Positions 51,099 to 60,699 are shown, counted from the first letter of the stretch. The stretch is 64,000 bases of DNA from Minisyncoccia bacterium (GCA_038230075.1 JBBRNV010000003.1:29329-93328), one strand, 5' to 3'. Notes: generated from the sequence alone by a model not told the origin. Numbers and translations are program-made.

Positions 51099-52277
51099 TT
51101 AATACCCAGTCGTGTACGAACCGTATGAGTAGGTAACTGTTAGGCCACTTTTATATGAAACAGTAGAGTCATCTTTTAATAGAAGATATACATCGTAAGT
51201 GCCTGGAGAAAGCTGGCCGATATGAAATTGAAGTGTTCCATCATCGATAACAGAAAGATCTTGGACATTGTTTTCTCCAATGATGACATCTGAAACATTT
51301 TGGAAACCAGTTCCTTTAAGAATGACATATGTTTTATTGTCGCCAGAAGCAATACTTGATGGAGTAACACTTCGAATACTTGTTGGTGTTGAAGCACCAC
51401 TTGTTCCTCCTGAAGAAGCTGGTGCAGATGGTGATGGAGCCGATGTGATTCCTCCTCCCGAAGATTGTCGAGGAGGGACTGGTGTTACCGGTGGTGGTGT
51501 TATGCTCGAATTGTTTCTTGTAGTGGTTGTAGCTCGAGGAGTACTTGTTGAAGTTGTTATTGGTTTTACAGAAATTGTTGCGTCGCTTGTAATAACAACT
51601 GGCTTTGCATCTGCATTATTATAGACATACCATTCTTTCTTCATGTCATCACCTGAAATGGGAATAACCACAATATCTTTTCCATCTTCAATGATTGCTT
51701 TAAATCCTGCCTTAACAGAAGTTTCAGTTCCTTGAATAGGTTCTCCTGTTGTAGGATCTTTTTTGTACACAAATACTTCACCTTCAGTAACATTTACTTC
51801 AGTAATGCCACCTGCAAAGTTCACGCCAAATGATGTACCACGAACAACAGCAACAGCATTTCCTGTTTTAATTTCGAAAAATTCTCCTTGTTCAGCAGAT
51901 TTTTTAGCACGTGCCCATAATTCACCACCAAGTAGTTCAATGTTATTTTTTGTCGTGTCGTCAGAGGTGCTCACTACCACCTCACTGTTGTAATCAACCA
52001 TAGTTGGATGTCCGTGAGGAGATTCAATAAGTGCTCGTCCGGTTGATGAGGTTTTAATTACAGAGTTGCTTGGAGTAGTTGTACTTGTTGGAATAGCTGT
52101 GTCGGAAGAAGCATCTTTCATTCGAAGTGAAACATTCTGTTCAACGGTCGTTACGGTAATAGGAAATGTTGCTGCAGATGTGGGCATGACTGTTTTTGTG
52201 TCCGATTGATTTTTGTATAAAAGAAAGACAGCCCCAAGAATGATAATCGCGACTATACCAAGTGAAAGTTTTTTCAT
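51099..52277 (-). CDS. membrane-anchored FecR-domain protein with P/S/T linker and C-terminal IPT/TIG domain
   Basis: IKTSSTGRA, LLGGELW, FEIKTGNAVAVVRGTSF, VTEGEV; IRSVTPSS..LKGTGF. Confidence 0.85.
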   Translation of the reverse strand: MKKLSLGIVAIIILGAVFLLYKNQSDTKTVMPTSAATFPITVTTVEQNVSLRMKDASSDTAIPTSTTTPSNSVIKTSSTGRALIESPHGHPTMVDYNSEVVVSTSDDTTKNNIELLGGELWARAKKSAEQGEFFEIKTGNAVAVVRGTSFGVNFAGGITEVNVTEGEVFVYKKDPTTGEPIQGTETSVKAGFKAIIEDGKDIVVIPISGDDMKKEWYVYNNADAKPVVITSDATISVKPITTSTSTPRATTTTRNNSSITPPPVTPVPPRQSSGGGITSAPSPSAPASSGGTSGASTPTSIRSVTPSSIASGDNKTYVILKGTGFQNVSDVIIGENNVQDLSVIDDGTLQFHIGQLSPGTYDVYLLLKDDSTVSYKSGLTVTYSYGSYTTGY

Positions 52278-52415
52278 TCGAATATCATAGCAAACATTAG
52301 TCTTTTGTTCGACACTCCTTCAAAGTGCGACTTTTTATGTCGTAATTTGTTATCCACATTGACGAGTGAACGATTGTTCACCTATACTGTAATCATACAA
52401 AATAATTAAAAACAT

Positions 52416-52607
52416 ATGAGCGAACAACAATACAAAAACTGGATAGGAAGAGAGTTGCAGCGATTAAATGAAATAATCGATTACAACATATTACATGGGT
52501 TCAACTATCGAGAAGAATCAAAAAAACATAAAGCACTTTTAAAACAGACTGAAGTGATGCAAAAGAAAGAACAGAAAAGAAGTGTCTTCAGTTTTATGTT
52601 TAGTTAA
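52416..52607 (+). CDS. small hypothetical protein
   Basis: ATG ORF downstream of a TTGACG/TATACT promoter. Confidence 0.6.
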   Translation: MSEQQYKNWIGRELQRLNEIIDYNILHGFNYREESKKHKALLKQTEVMQKKEQKRSVFSFMFS

Positions 52608-52720
52608 TCTTTATACTATCTTTATTTTGTTGTTCGCCGAATTTTAATGTTTGAATCTAAATAAAAAAACCGCCCGCCTCGAGTTGTGCTCGAGAGCGGG
52701 GCAGTTGGTTCGGTCTGCGT

Positions 52721-53023
52721 TTAGTTGCGCAACCGAATGCTTAAGGGGCCAATGTTGATGGCGGAAAGCCGTTGCGCCAACTTCTGACGCTGCTGCGGAG
52801 GAGTAGTATGGTTGAAACCACCATGAGTGGTTGGAGGGACAAACTTTTGACCTTCAGGTTGCATGATCGGATAGAGCCGACCATCTTTCAACAAGTAGGC
52901 CACATGGACCAATTTCTTGGTTGGGCGGCGCGCAGGCTGCTGAGCCTGTGCGGAAGGGGTGAAGATGACGGAGGTGAAGGCGAACACGAGGAGCGCCAAG
53001 ACGAGTTTGAGGATGTTGTTCAT
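52721..53023 (-). CDS. small secreted orphan (GC-richer cassette)
   Basis: Signal peptide ending AQA, TTGACA-16-TATAAT at 53115-53088, hairpin at about 52670-52700. Confidence 0.65.
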   Translation of the reverse strand: MNNILKLVLALLVFAFTSVIFTPSAQAQQPARRPTKKLVHVAYLLKDGRLYPIMQPEGQKFVPPTTHGGFNHTTPPQQRQKLAQRLSAINIGPLSIRLRN

Positions 53024-53146
53024 GCTATCTAAAGCCAGGCTAACTAGCTTCACATAGCATGAACACATCGAAGAACTTTACTATCGTATTATACCATATT
53101 ACTGATAAATGTCAATTAATCAGACAACATTAAACCAGCCTTTATG

Positions 53147-53770
53147 TTAGGTTCTTTTATGACCTTTCTTCCATTCAATGAGTGATCCAGCTTTTAATTC
53201 CATGTTGTCTGCCTTTCTTAGGTATTTGATATTTTGTTGAGGAATAATTGATGTATGTGGTGATTCATCAAGTGCATCTGCTATGTGATCTAAGTTTTGT
53301 TCTGAGGTTATCCACTTTGTTCCAAACTTTTTTACATTAAAAGGTTTTGAAAAACTGCGAAGAGTTTTCTTTTTTGTTTTATTATCAAAATATTCATGAA
53401 AGTATGAAAGTGCTAATTCTCGAATTGTTTTATATACAGGATCTCTAAAACGAAGTGTTGAATGATTTGTTTTACTAATCGCTCCCCAGTATCCATTAAT
53501 TTTATAAAGTGCAACGACATGATCAACATCATCTTCTGTTTTTAAATCAAGAATGAGTGGTTCTTCTCCGTGAATCCACAAAGCTAGAGCGGCAAGAAGT
53601 GCACCTTCAAAACAATGCGCTTTTTCTTCCTTTAACACTCTTCGTGGTGACATATAGGTGTCACCTTTCTTTTCCCAATTAACAGGAAGGGAATCGAGAA
53701 AGTCTTGTATTTTAATAGGTGTTGAAAGTGCCTTAAGCTTTTTTAATTCGTGTGATGAAAGTCCAAACAT
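53147..53770 (-). CDS. conserved hypothetical protein, papain/transglutaminase-like Cys-His pattern
   Basis: SPRRVL..AHCFEGALLAA, DHVVALY, WGAISKTNH, ELALSYFHEY. Confidence 0.7.
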   Translation of the reverse strand: MFGLSSHELKKLKALSTPIKIQDFLDSLPVNWEKKGDTYMSPRRVLKEEKAHCFEGALLAALALWIHGEEPLILDLKTEDDVDHVVALYKINGYWGAISKTNHSTLRFRDPVYKTIRELALSYFHEYFDNKTKKKTLRSFSKPFNVKKFGTKWITSEQNLDHIADALDESPHTSIIPQQNIKYLRKADNMELKAGSLIEWKKGHKRT

Positions 53771-53841
53771 TAATAAAGTATAACAAAACCAAAGAGAGAT
53801 GTTCTGGTATTCATTCCATTCATGCGGTACCATAATGCTCT

Positions 53842-54243
53842 ATGCGAAAAAGTAAGTACACTCCTGGAGACTACAAAGTTGTTGTTAAGCGTTCATCTGC
53901 AGGTCTTGGTTTATTTGCTTCTGAAGAAATTCCAAAAGGAAAGTGTGTCATCGAATATGTGGGAAGAGTAATTAAAGGAAAAGAAGAATATACCAGCAAT
54001 AGTAAATACTTATTTGAGGTTCACTCTCGAAAAACTATTGATGGAAGAGATCGCTCAAATATAGCTCGATATATTAATCATTCATGCAAAGCAAATGCTG
54101 AACCGACTATTCATAAAGCACGAGTATTTATTATGTCTAAAAGGAAGATACTTGCTGGAGAAGAGATTGTGTATGACTATGGTGAAGATTATTGGGGTGA
54201 ACACATACAACCAAAAGGATGCAGGTGTAGAAAGTGCTCATAG
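53842..54243 (+). CDS. SET domain protein-lysine methyltransferase-like
   Basis: GLGLFA, IEYVG, ARYINHSC..N, EEIVYDYG, post-SET CRCRKC. Confidence 0.92.
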   Translation: MRKSKYTPGDYKVVVKRSSAGLGLFASEEIPKGKCVIEYVGRVIKGKEEYTSNSKYLFEVHSRKTIDGRDRSNIARYINHSCKANAEPTIHKARVFIMSKRKILAGEEIVYDYGEDYWGEHIQPKGCRCRKCS

Positions 54244-54421
54244 CACCACGTTTCGTTGACTTTCTTTGTAAAGATTGTACTGTATTTTAAGAATGAAAAC
54301 TATTTCTGGTTGGAGGCCGACATTGTTGGCAGAAAGGTTGTTAGAAGAGCGTGAGAATCGCGGTGGGTTTATACAAAAAAGGTAGTTGAGAAGACAAAAA
54401 TCAAAAAGGTCTGGGGAAAAA

Positions 54422-54888
54422 ATGCAAAAAAAAGACCGAAAGCTCGTCCCGGATTTCACCTGACCAGCAAACCCAAAGAACTTGCTCGACATTTTGTTGG
54501 AAACCGATTTCTGACTGCTTTGAAAGGAAAGTTGTTTCGAGATCCTTCCAACTTCTATTACTTTATGTGGAATGCTGTGCACGTGCACATTTTACACATG
54601 AGCGAAGAGGGGTTGGTGGATGTTCTTGAAAAGTTCTCTTCGAACGATCCTTCTTTTCCGCGAAGTATGACCGCAGAACGGCTGCTTCGTGGTAATCTCA
54701 CTAACAGCTTTTACCAAAAGGGACAAGTTGTTACATATGTAGATTCGGTGATTGCAATCATCGTTGCTGCCGTCTATGATTTTGTTTTTCCTCCCACACT
54801 TTCTGTTGCTCAAAAACAAGGCAACAAAAAGAAAAAGAAAAAGAAAAAGAAAAAAAATTTCGCGCTACAATCTCACTCCAACCACTGA
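54422..54888 (+). pseudogene. basic orphan protein interrupted by a frameshift in an A8 run (or start at TTG 54520)
   Basis: ATG at 54422 followed by C-A8. One extra A joins it to the open frame ending at 54888. Poly-Lys tail. Confidence 0.45.
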
Positions 54889-55027
54889 CCTCGCCTTAAA
54901 CCGGCGAGTTTTGTGTTTTATAAAACAAAGCTCCGCGTATCAATATATAAAAAGGAAAACCGCTCGCCGAAGGTGAGCTCATTGAGCGGGTCCTTGGGGA
55001 GCGATTTGTGTACCGAATGTTCGAAGA

Positions 55028-55759
55028 CTAGCCGCCAGGAGTGTAGATCGGCATCTCCTTAAACTTGAGACGACGAATCAGGTCGGTGAGGATGAGTCGA
55101 ACCACTTGGTCTCGATTCATATCAGTATTGTCGATTTCCATCGAACAAGGATGCCTCACGAATGGTGAAACCGATCTTTCGGTATCGTGCCTGTCGCGCT
55201 TCTGGAGCCCTTGTACGATCTCTGCGTACGTTTGTTCGGGCTGATCTTTCGGCTGATCCTTAAAGCGGCGAGCTGCTCTCGTGGCGACCTCGGCGGTGAT
55301 GAAGTAGCCGCTGCACCGACCGTTTTCGGCGTCGAAGATTTTTCTCATGTCCCGACCTTCGGGCACGAGACCAGGCAGTTGCCTGCGGGACATCTGATAG
55401 TCGTGCATCATCGCACGTACTTCTGGTATTGCGCTGACAGCGGAAACCCGATCCGAGCAAGCCTTGTAGCGAATTTCTTCGGTGACTTCGATTTCACCGA
55501 CGAAAACCTTCCCATCGACGAACGTTGTCGGATACTGAAGTGCGACTTCGATCACATTGTTCGGATTGGTGATGTCGATACCGTGGACGATGGTGAGGTG
55601 TGCCACCGACCGGTAGAGAGCGCCGCTGTCGAGGTGTTTGAAGCCGAGAATTCGAGCAAGCTCACGAGCGGTCGAACTTTTGCCGGATCCGCCAGGACCA
55701 TCGATGGCGATAACTTCTGCGAGTAGATTAGGAGGTGTTAGTTGAGTGAGGGTGGCCAT
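55028..55759 (-). CDS. cmk: cytidylate kinase (GC-rich cassette)
   Basis: IAIDGPGGSGKSS, LDSGALYR, EGRDM, RDRHD; AAGGAGG before the ATG. Confidence 0.9.
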   Translation of the reverse strand: MATLTQLTPPNLLAEVIAIDGPGGSGKSSTARELARILGFKHLDSGALYRSVAHLTIVHGIDITNPNNVIEVALQYPTTFVDGKVFVGEIEVTEEIRYKACSDRVSAVSAIPEVRAMMHDYQMSRRQLPGLVPEGRDMRKIFDAENGRCSGYFITAEVATRAARRFKDQPKDQPEQTYAEIVQGLQKRDRHDTERSVSPFVRHPCSMEIDNTDMNRDQVVRLILTDLIRRLKFKEMPIYTPGG

Positions 55760-55901
55760 TCGGCCTCCTTTCTTTTTCGAGGGGTGAAACTGTGGGTGAG
55801 GTTCGTCTTCGAAACACATGTATGAGTCAAAGAAGAGCTTTCAATAGAGTAGTGGTTTAGAGCATTAAAGTCAAACCATATATTACAACAAAGAGAATAA
55901 C

Positions 55902-56069
55902 TTAATCGGTACTAATTTTATATCCGAGCCAGATACCAGCAAGTCCTCCAACAGCAGTTAATATTACTGATGAGAGTGAAAAGAAGCTGTCACCCCAGAG
56001 TTCAGGAATGAATCCTCCGATAGTTGATCCGATAAACAAGAAGAGAAAAATAATTTGTTTTGATGCCAT
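55902..56069 (-). CDS. small 2-TM Gly-rich membrane protein (55 aa; below the ORF-track cutoff)
   Basis: MASKQIIFLFLFIGSTIGGFIPELWGDSFFSLSSVILTAVGGLAGIWLGYKISTD; starts 3 nt after the AI-2E stop. Confidence 0.75.
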   Translation of the reverse strand: MASKQIIFLFLFIGSTIGGFIPELWGDSFFSLSSVILTAVGGLAGIWLGYKISTD

Positions 56070-56072
56070 ATA

Positions 56073-57098
56073 TTATGAGACCTTCTTTTCTTTAAAGAAG
56101 TCGTATATTTCTGTTGCAACAATTTGGACAACTGCTGCCGCTGGAATCGCAAGAAGGATTCCGGTTATTCCTCCAATTTCTCCTCCAATAATTGAAGCGA
56201 CAACAATCAAAAGTGCAGATAGGTCGATTGAATGTGAATACACTGCTGGTTGAATAAAATGTCCTTCTACAAATTGATACACCAATAGAACGACAACACT
56301 AATGACCACTGCAAAAATTCCTTGTGTAAGTGCAACCAATCCTACGATAATTGTTGCGATAGCTGCCCCAACAAGAGGAATAAGGTCGAAGAGCGCAACA
56401 AGTACCGCTAATGCAAATTTGTAAGGAACACCAAGAATCCACAATGTGATGAGCGTGACAAGGCCGGCAATGAGGCTAATAAAAAGATTTCCAGACACGA
56501 AACCACTGACTGAGCGTTGAATACGTGAACCAACTCGTTCGGCAATTGATGCGTCTTTTTCTTTCAAAAAACTGAGAAATCCTTTCCAAATATACAACCC
56601 TTCGATTTGAAGAAGAAAGGTCAGAACAATAACCGAGGTAATACCAACAAGTTTTGAAATCACATTATTGGTGATAACAATCAGTGATGTTCCTCCTCCA
56701 AGAAGTAAAACCGAAATTTCATTCGAGAATTCTTTTAACGTATCAGCAAAATGAAACTTTTGATTAAGTGAAACAAAACTTGGATTATTCAACATTCGGT
56801 TGGTAATTTCAGGAAGATGTTGGAAGAGGTCCATTCCTTGGTTAATGAGGGGAATTGCAATCGTTCCTAGAAGTCCAAGAACAATAATAAGGAGGAAGAT
56901 ATCTGCAATAACTGCCGCCCACACTTTTGATGCTCCCCATTTTTCAAGCTTGGTGACAACGGGATTGATAGCGAATACCAGTAGTGTTGCAACAACAAGG
57001 TATAAAATTACAAGATTCGATAAAACAATAAAGTAAAGTATTGCAGTGAAGGCCACAATAATAGTACAAATGAGTAATGTTTTTTTAGCTGTTTCCAT
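56073..57098 (-). CDS. AI-2E (PerM) family transporter
   Basis: AINPVVTKL, LIPLVG, YQFVEGHFIQP, GILLAIP. Confidence 0.9.
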   Translation of the reverse strand: METAKKTLLICTIIVAFTAILYFIVLSNLVILYLVVATLLVFAINPVVTKLEKWGASKVWAAVIADIFLLIIVLGLLGTIAIPLINQGMDLFQHLPEITNRMLNNPSFVSLNQKFHFADTLKEFSNEISVLLLGGGTSLIVITNNVISKLVGITSVIVLTFLLQIEGLYIWKGFLSFLKEKDASIAERVGSRIQRSVSGFVSGNLFISLIAGLVTLITLWILGVPYKFALAVLVALFDLIPLVGAAIATIIVGLVALTQGIFAVVISVVVLLVYQFVEGHFIQPAVYSHSIDLSALLIVVASIIGGEIGGITGILLAIPAAAVVQIVATEIYDFFKEKKVS

Positions 57099-57139
57099 GC
57101 AACTATCCTAGCACATTTTAAAATGTATACTTATTTTAT

Positions 57140-57667
57140 ATGATCGATCGAAAAAAGCTTGTCGTTGTGAATGACCATATGCAAAAAGGATATACATATG
57201 AATTAACTGAACCAGAGGGAAAAAATTTTGATCCTGAATTTAAGCCAGACCTCACACCAAAACAAATGCTTGAACTCGGGGTGTTTGGAGGAATATACAT
57301 GAGAGATTGTGCTAATGAGTTTCCAAAATCATGGTTTGCTAAAGCTAAGTTTGTTCCCGTTGAAAGCAGTATCAAAGATCTCAAACTTAACTACTTTGGG
57401 GTCGATGCAAGTCAATCACTTGAGGTGTGGAAAAAGAATGGATGGATCAACGAGAAATATGATCCGCGAGGTTGGTTTCAGTGGTATTGCCGATATTATG
57501 TAGGAAGAAGAATTCCAGATGAAGATCGACGACAGATTAAACGTTGGAAAGCAATTAATAGGCATATTGCACAAGTAATTCACAATTGTAGACCTCAAGA
57601 TTTTTCATGTAGAACGAAGCAGCGACAAGCTATTTTGCACTGGGCCTATGATAGTCGAAAGCTATAG
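57140..57667 (+). CDS. conserved hypothetical protein (Trp/Arg-rich family)
   Basis: FKPDLTPKQMLELGVFGG, DPRGWFQWYCRYYVGRR, RQIKRW, RQAILHWAY. Confidence 0.8.
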   Translation: MIDRKKLVVVNDHMQKGYTYELTEPEGKNFDPEFKPDLTPKQMLELGVFGGIYMRDCANEFPKSWFAKAKFVPVESSIKDLKLNYFGVDASQSLEVWKKNGWINEKYDPRGWFQWYCRYYVGRRIPDEDRRQIKRWKAINRHIAQVIHNCRPQDFSCRTKQRQAILHWAYDSRKL

Positions 57668-57690
57668 TCTGTTCGTGTTATAATGGAGGT

Positions 57691-58122
57691 ATGAATAAAA
57701 ATACCTACATTACCTTAGCAGTTATTTTATTAGCCCTTATTGCCCTCGTTTTTGTACAAAAAAAGAATTCAGTTGCCCCTACAACATCTGAGAATGCAAC
57801 AACAACACAAAAATTAGTAACTGGAACAGATCAAGAAACATTTTCAGGAACAATTACCGCAGTAGACACTGGGTGTTTTTCAGATGCTACGTGTAGTGTG
57901 ACTGTTGATGGAAAGAAAATTGTTTTAGTAACTGGCGGTCGAGGAGTTTCTCCTGATGTTAAAGTTGGAAAACTTCTCGGAGTAAACTCAGTAGGAGACT
58001 TAGAACAAAAAATTGGTGCTCATGCAAATGTCTTTGCAACAACAACTCCTGATGGTAATTACAGTATTTATGGAAATGAAAACTATTATGTTGAAGTGGT
58101 AGTAATGCAGTCTGCTTCGTAG
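57691..58122 (+). CDS. membrane-anchored hypothetical protein
   Basis: N-terminal TM and a beta-rich ectodomain with a Cys pair. Confidence 0.7.
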   Translation: MNKNTYITLAVILLALIALVFVQKKNSVAPTTSENATTTQKLVTGTDQETFSGTITAVDTGCFSDATCSVTVDGKKIVLVTGGRGVSPDVKVGKLLGVNSVGDLEQKIGAHANVFATTTPDGNYSIYGNENYYVEVVVMQSAS

Positions 58123-58149
58123 TTTATTAGAAAGATTTAATGTATTTTT

Positions 58150-58572
58150 ATGCCAATTCCATTTAATGTATGGTCAATTTTAGGCTCAATGATAATTTCT
58201 GTTATCTTAGGATTTCTTTGGTACGGCCCGTTTTTTGGAAAGAAGTGGATGGAGCTTTCGGGATTAAAAATGCCAGATGAAAAGCCGTCATTTAAAATGA
58301 TGCTCAAACCAATTCTTTTATCGTTTATTGGAGCAATATTAATGAGTTATGTTCTCAGTGCTTCAATTGCCTTTGGAAACTTTTATTTAGGAACAACCGG
58401 TATTTGTGCAGGTCTCACGTGTGCATTCTTTATGTGGCTTGGATTTATTGTTCCAACATATTTAAACTTATCAGGATGGGAAGGAAGGTCGTGGACACTC
58501 TTCTTTATTAATGTGGGATATTGGTTGGTATTTCTTTTTATTTCAGCATCACTTATTTCTTGGTTGATGTAG
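58150..58572 (+). CDS. DUF1761 family membrane protein
   Basis: LGFLWYGPFFGKKW, WLGFIVP, INVGY. Confidence 0.85.
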   Translation: MPIPFNVWSILGSMIISVILGFLWYGPFFGKKWMELSGLKMPDEKPSFKMMLKPILLSFIGAILMSYVLSASIAFGNFYLGTTGICAGLTCAFFMWLGFIVPTYLNLSGWEGRSWTLFFINVGYWLVFLFISASLISWLM

Positions 58573-58595
58573 GTTTTGTAATACATAATGTGACT

Positions 58596-59750
58596 ATGTT
58601 AAAAAAAATCTCAGCACTTTGTCTTTTTATTTTTCTTGTAATACCTTTCGTGTCTCAAGCTGCTGAACTGGTTCCTGATACACAAACAACTGTTAAGGCT
58701 AAAGTATTGAAAGTAAGTTCAGCTTCAGATGAAATACTTCCTGGAACTAACACAACACACAAATCTCAACATATAACCGTTAGTCCTTTAGAAGGAAATG
58801 ATGCGGGCTCTATTGTTCAGTTTGATAATGATTATATTCAATTAGAAGAAGGACAAATTTTTTATCTCACTAAAACTGTCTATGCAGACGGGAGTAATTC
58901 AACGTATGTAGTATATAGTCCATATCGACTAAATACATTGTTATTTTTCGTAATTCTATTTGTAGTTCTTGTTGTTATTTTTGGAGGAAAACAAGGTGTT
59001 CGAGGGCTTCTCAGTTTGATTGGAAGTATGGCTCTCATTTTGTATGTTTTGCTACCTGGGATTATTCACGGAATTTCTCCAATTTTTCTGAGTATTATTA
59101 TTTCTTCATTTATTATTATTCTAGGATCTTATGTTACGCACGGTTTTAACAAGACAACATCATCTGCGGTTGTTGGAATGATTGTAACCATAATTTTTAC
59201 AGGAATTCTTGCTCACTTTGCTGTTCATGCAGCATCACTTACAGGATTTGAAACAGAAGAGTCTGTGTATCTTAATATTAATACACAAGGAAAAATTGAT
59301 TTCGTGCAGTTATTGATGGGTGGAATTGTTATTGGGCTTCTTGGAGTTTTATACGATGCTGCGATTGGTCAAGCGGTTTCTGTCGAAGAACTTCATGCTG
59401 TGGCACCTCATCTTCCTCGATGGACTATTTACAAACGAGCAATTCGAATCGGAAGAGAACACATTGGAGCACTCGTTAATATTTTAGCTATTGCATATGT
59501 TGGAGTGTCTTTACCCCTTCTTCTTCTGTTTGCAACAGGAGCAAATGGATCGATTTCGGTTATTTTAAACAGAGAAAACTTTTCAACTGAAATCGTACGC
59601 ACATTAATTGGAAGTATTGGTCTTATTTTAGCGGTTCCCATTACCACATGGCTTTCGGTTATGATTCTTATAAAAAAACAAAAACATGTTGACATTGAGG
59701 TGTTAAAGAAAGAAGAAAAAAATATCGAACACATTGGACATCATCATTAA
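58596..59750 (+). CDS. YibE/F family membrane protein
   Basis: GVRGLLSL, GLLGVLYDAAI, IGREHIGALVNILAIAYVG, GSIGLILAVPITT. Confidence 0.9.
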   Translation: MLKKISALCLFIFLVIPFVSQAAELVPDTQTTVKAKVLKVSSASDEILPGTNTTHKSQHITVSPLEGNDAGSIVQFDNDYIQLEEGQIFYLTKTVYADGSNSTYVVYSPYRLNTLLFFVILFVVLVVIFGGKQGVRGLLSLIGSMALILYVLLPGIIHGISPIFLSIIISSFIIILGSYVTHGFNKTTSSAVVGMIVTIIFTGILAHFAVHAASLTGFETEESVYLNINTQGKIDFVQLLMGGIVIGLLGVLYDAAIGQAVSVEELHAVAPHLPRWTIYKRAIRIGREHIGALVNILAIAYVGVSLPLLLLFATGANGSISVILNRENFSTEIVRTLIGSIGLILAVPITTWLSVMILIKKQKHVDIEVLKKEEKNIEHIGHHH

Positions 59751-59794
59751 GCAGATTCCTTTCTACTTTCTGAGAATGATAGTAGTATGTCGAC

Positions 59795-60697
59795 ATGCAA
59801 ACATCTTCACTCCGAGACTCTCTTAAGAAAATTCCAGGTGCGATTTCACTGTACTATGTTGGTGTCTATGGGTTTAATGTGGTTAATAGTTGGTACACCA
59901 AGCTTTTTATCACTATTTTTATGCGAAAAGAGGCCTCTCTTTTGAAAGATTTACCGAAGAAAGTTGTGGCAGTTCATAGTAAGCAAGAGCTCAATCTTTC
60001 AAATAAAAAACAGTATTATGTTGGAAAAAATATTCTCGGGTATCCTGCACTTTCGTATATTGAAAAGAATGGAAAAATGATTGGGTGGTCAGATAAGGTT
60101 CTTGAGAGAAATGGTGAGACACTTCCTTTTCTTCAAGTAACTCCAGATATTGAAATAAATATTCCTCTTATTTTTGAAACATTGAAGCCTGATTTTGTGA
60201 TAGATTTCGGAACGGCGTCTGGCGGTTCTGCTGTGTACTATTACGAACTCATTTCAAAATATACAACTCCACATATTCTAACAATTGATATCACTGACGC
60301 AGATGTTGTTCGTGGAAAAGCCTTTCATGATAAAAACAAAAGTTTTGAAAAGATTAGTTTCCTCACAGGAAAAAGTGGACTTGATCGGGTGAGTGAAGTA
60401 CAAGCATTTCTTGCAAATCGAACTGATGAACAGAAAGTATTATTTTCATTCGACGATGATCATTCATATCAACATACATATAATGAACTCACTACATTTG
60501 CGCCTCTGCTAAAAACTGGAGATGTAATTTTAATGCAAGATACATGGGATCAGGGATTATATAATCACGAAACATCTCCCATGCTTGCAGTTGAAAGATT
60601 CCTTCAAGAGAATAATGATTTTTTGCTTGATATTGATCTACTTTCTAAACTCGAATTGCCAAGTAATTTCATCTACGGAGTTTTAGTGAAAATATAG
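59795..60697 (+). CDS. CmcI/cephalosporin hydroxylase-like SAM methyltransferase
   Basis: LKPDFVIDFGTASGGSA, ILTIDI, DDDHSYQH..EL, GDVILMQDT. Confidence 0.8.
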   Translation: MQTSSLRDSLKKIPGAISLYYVGVYGFNVVNSWYTKLFITIFMRKEASLLKDLPKKVVAVHSKQELNLSNKKQYYVGKNILGYPALSYIEKNGKMIGWSDKVLERNGETLPFLQVTPDIEINIPLIFETLKPDFVIDFGTASGGSAVYYYELISKYTTPHILTIDITDADVVRGKAFHDKNKSFEKISFLTGKSGLDRVSEVQAFLANRTDEQKVLFSFDDDHSYQHTYNELTTFAPLLKTGDVILMQDTWDQGLYNHETSPMLAVERFLQENNDFLLDIDLLSKLELPSNFIYGVLVKI

Positions 60698-60699
60698 GG

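Noticed and set aside
54301-54360. Selenocysteine or readthrough at TGA 54352
   Set aside because: There is no redox motif or evident SECIS, and the A8 frameshift explains the long frame more simply.
55187-55726. 179-aa + strand ORF
   Set aside because: It is the antisense shadow of cmk, which carries clear kinase motifs.
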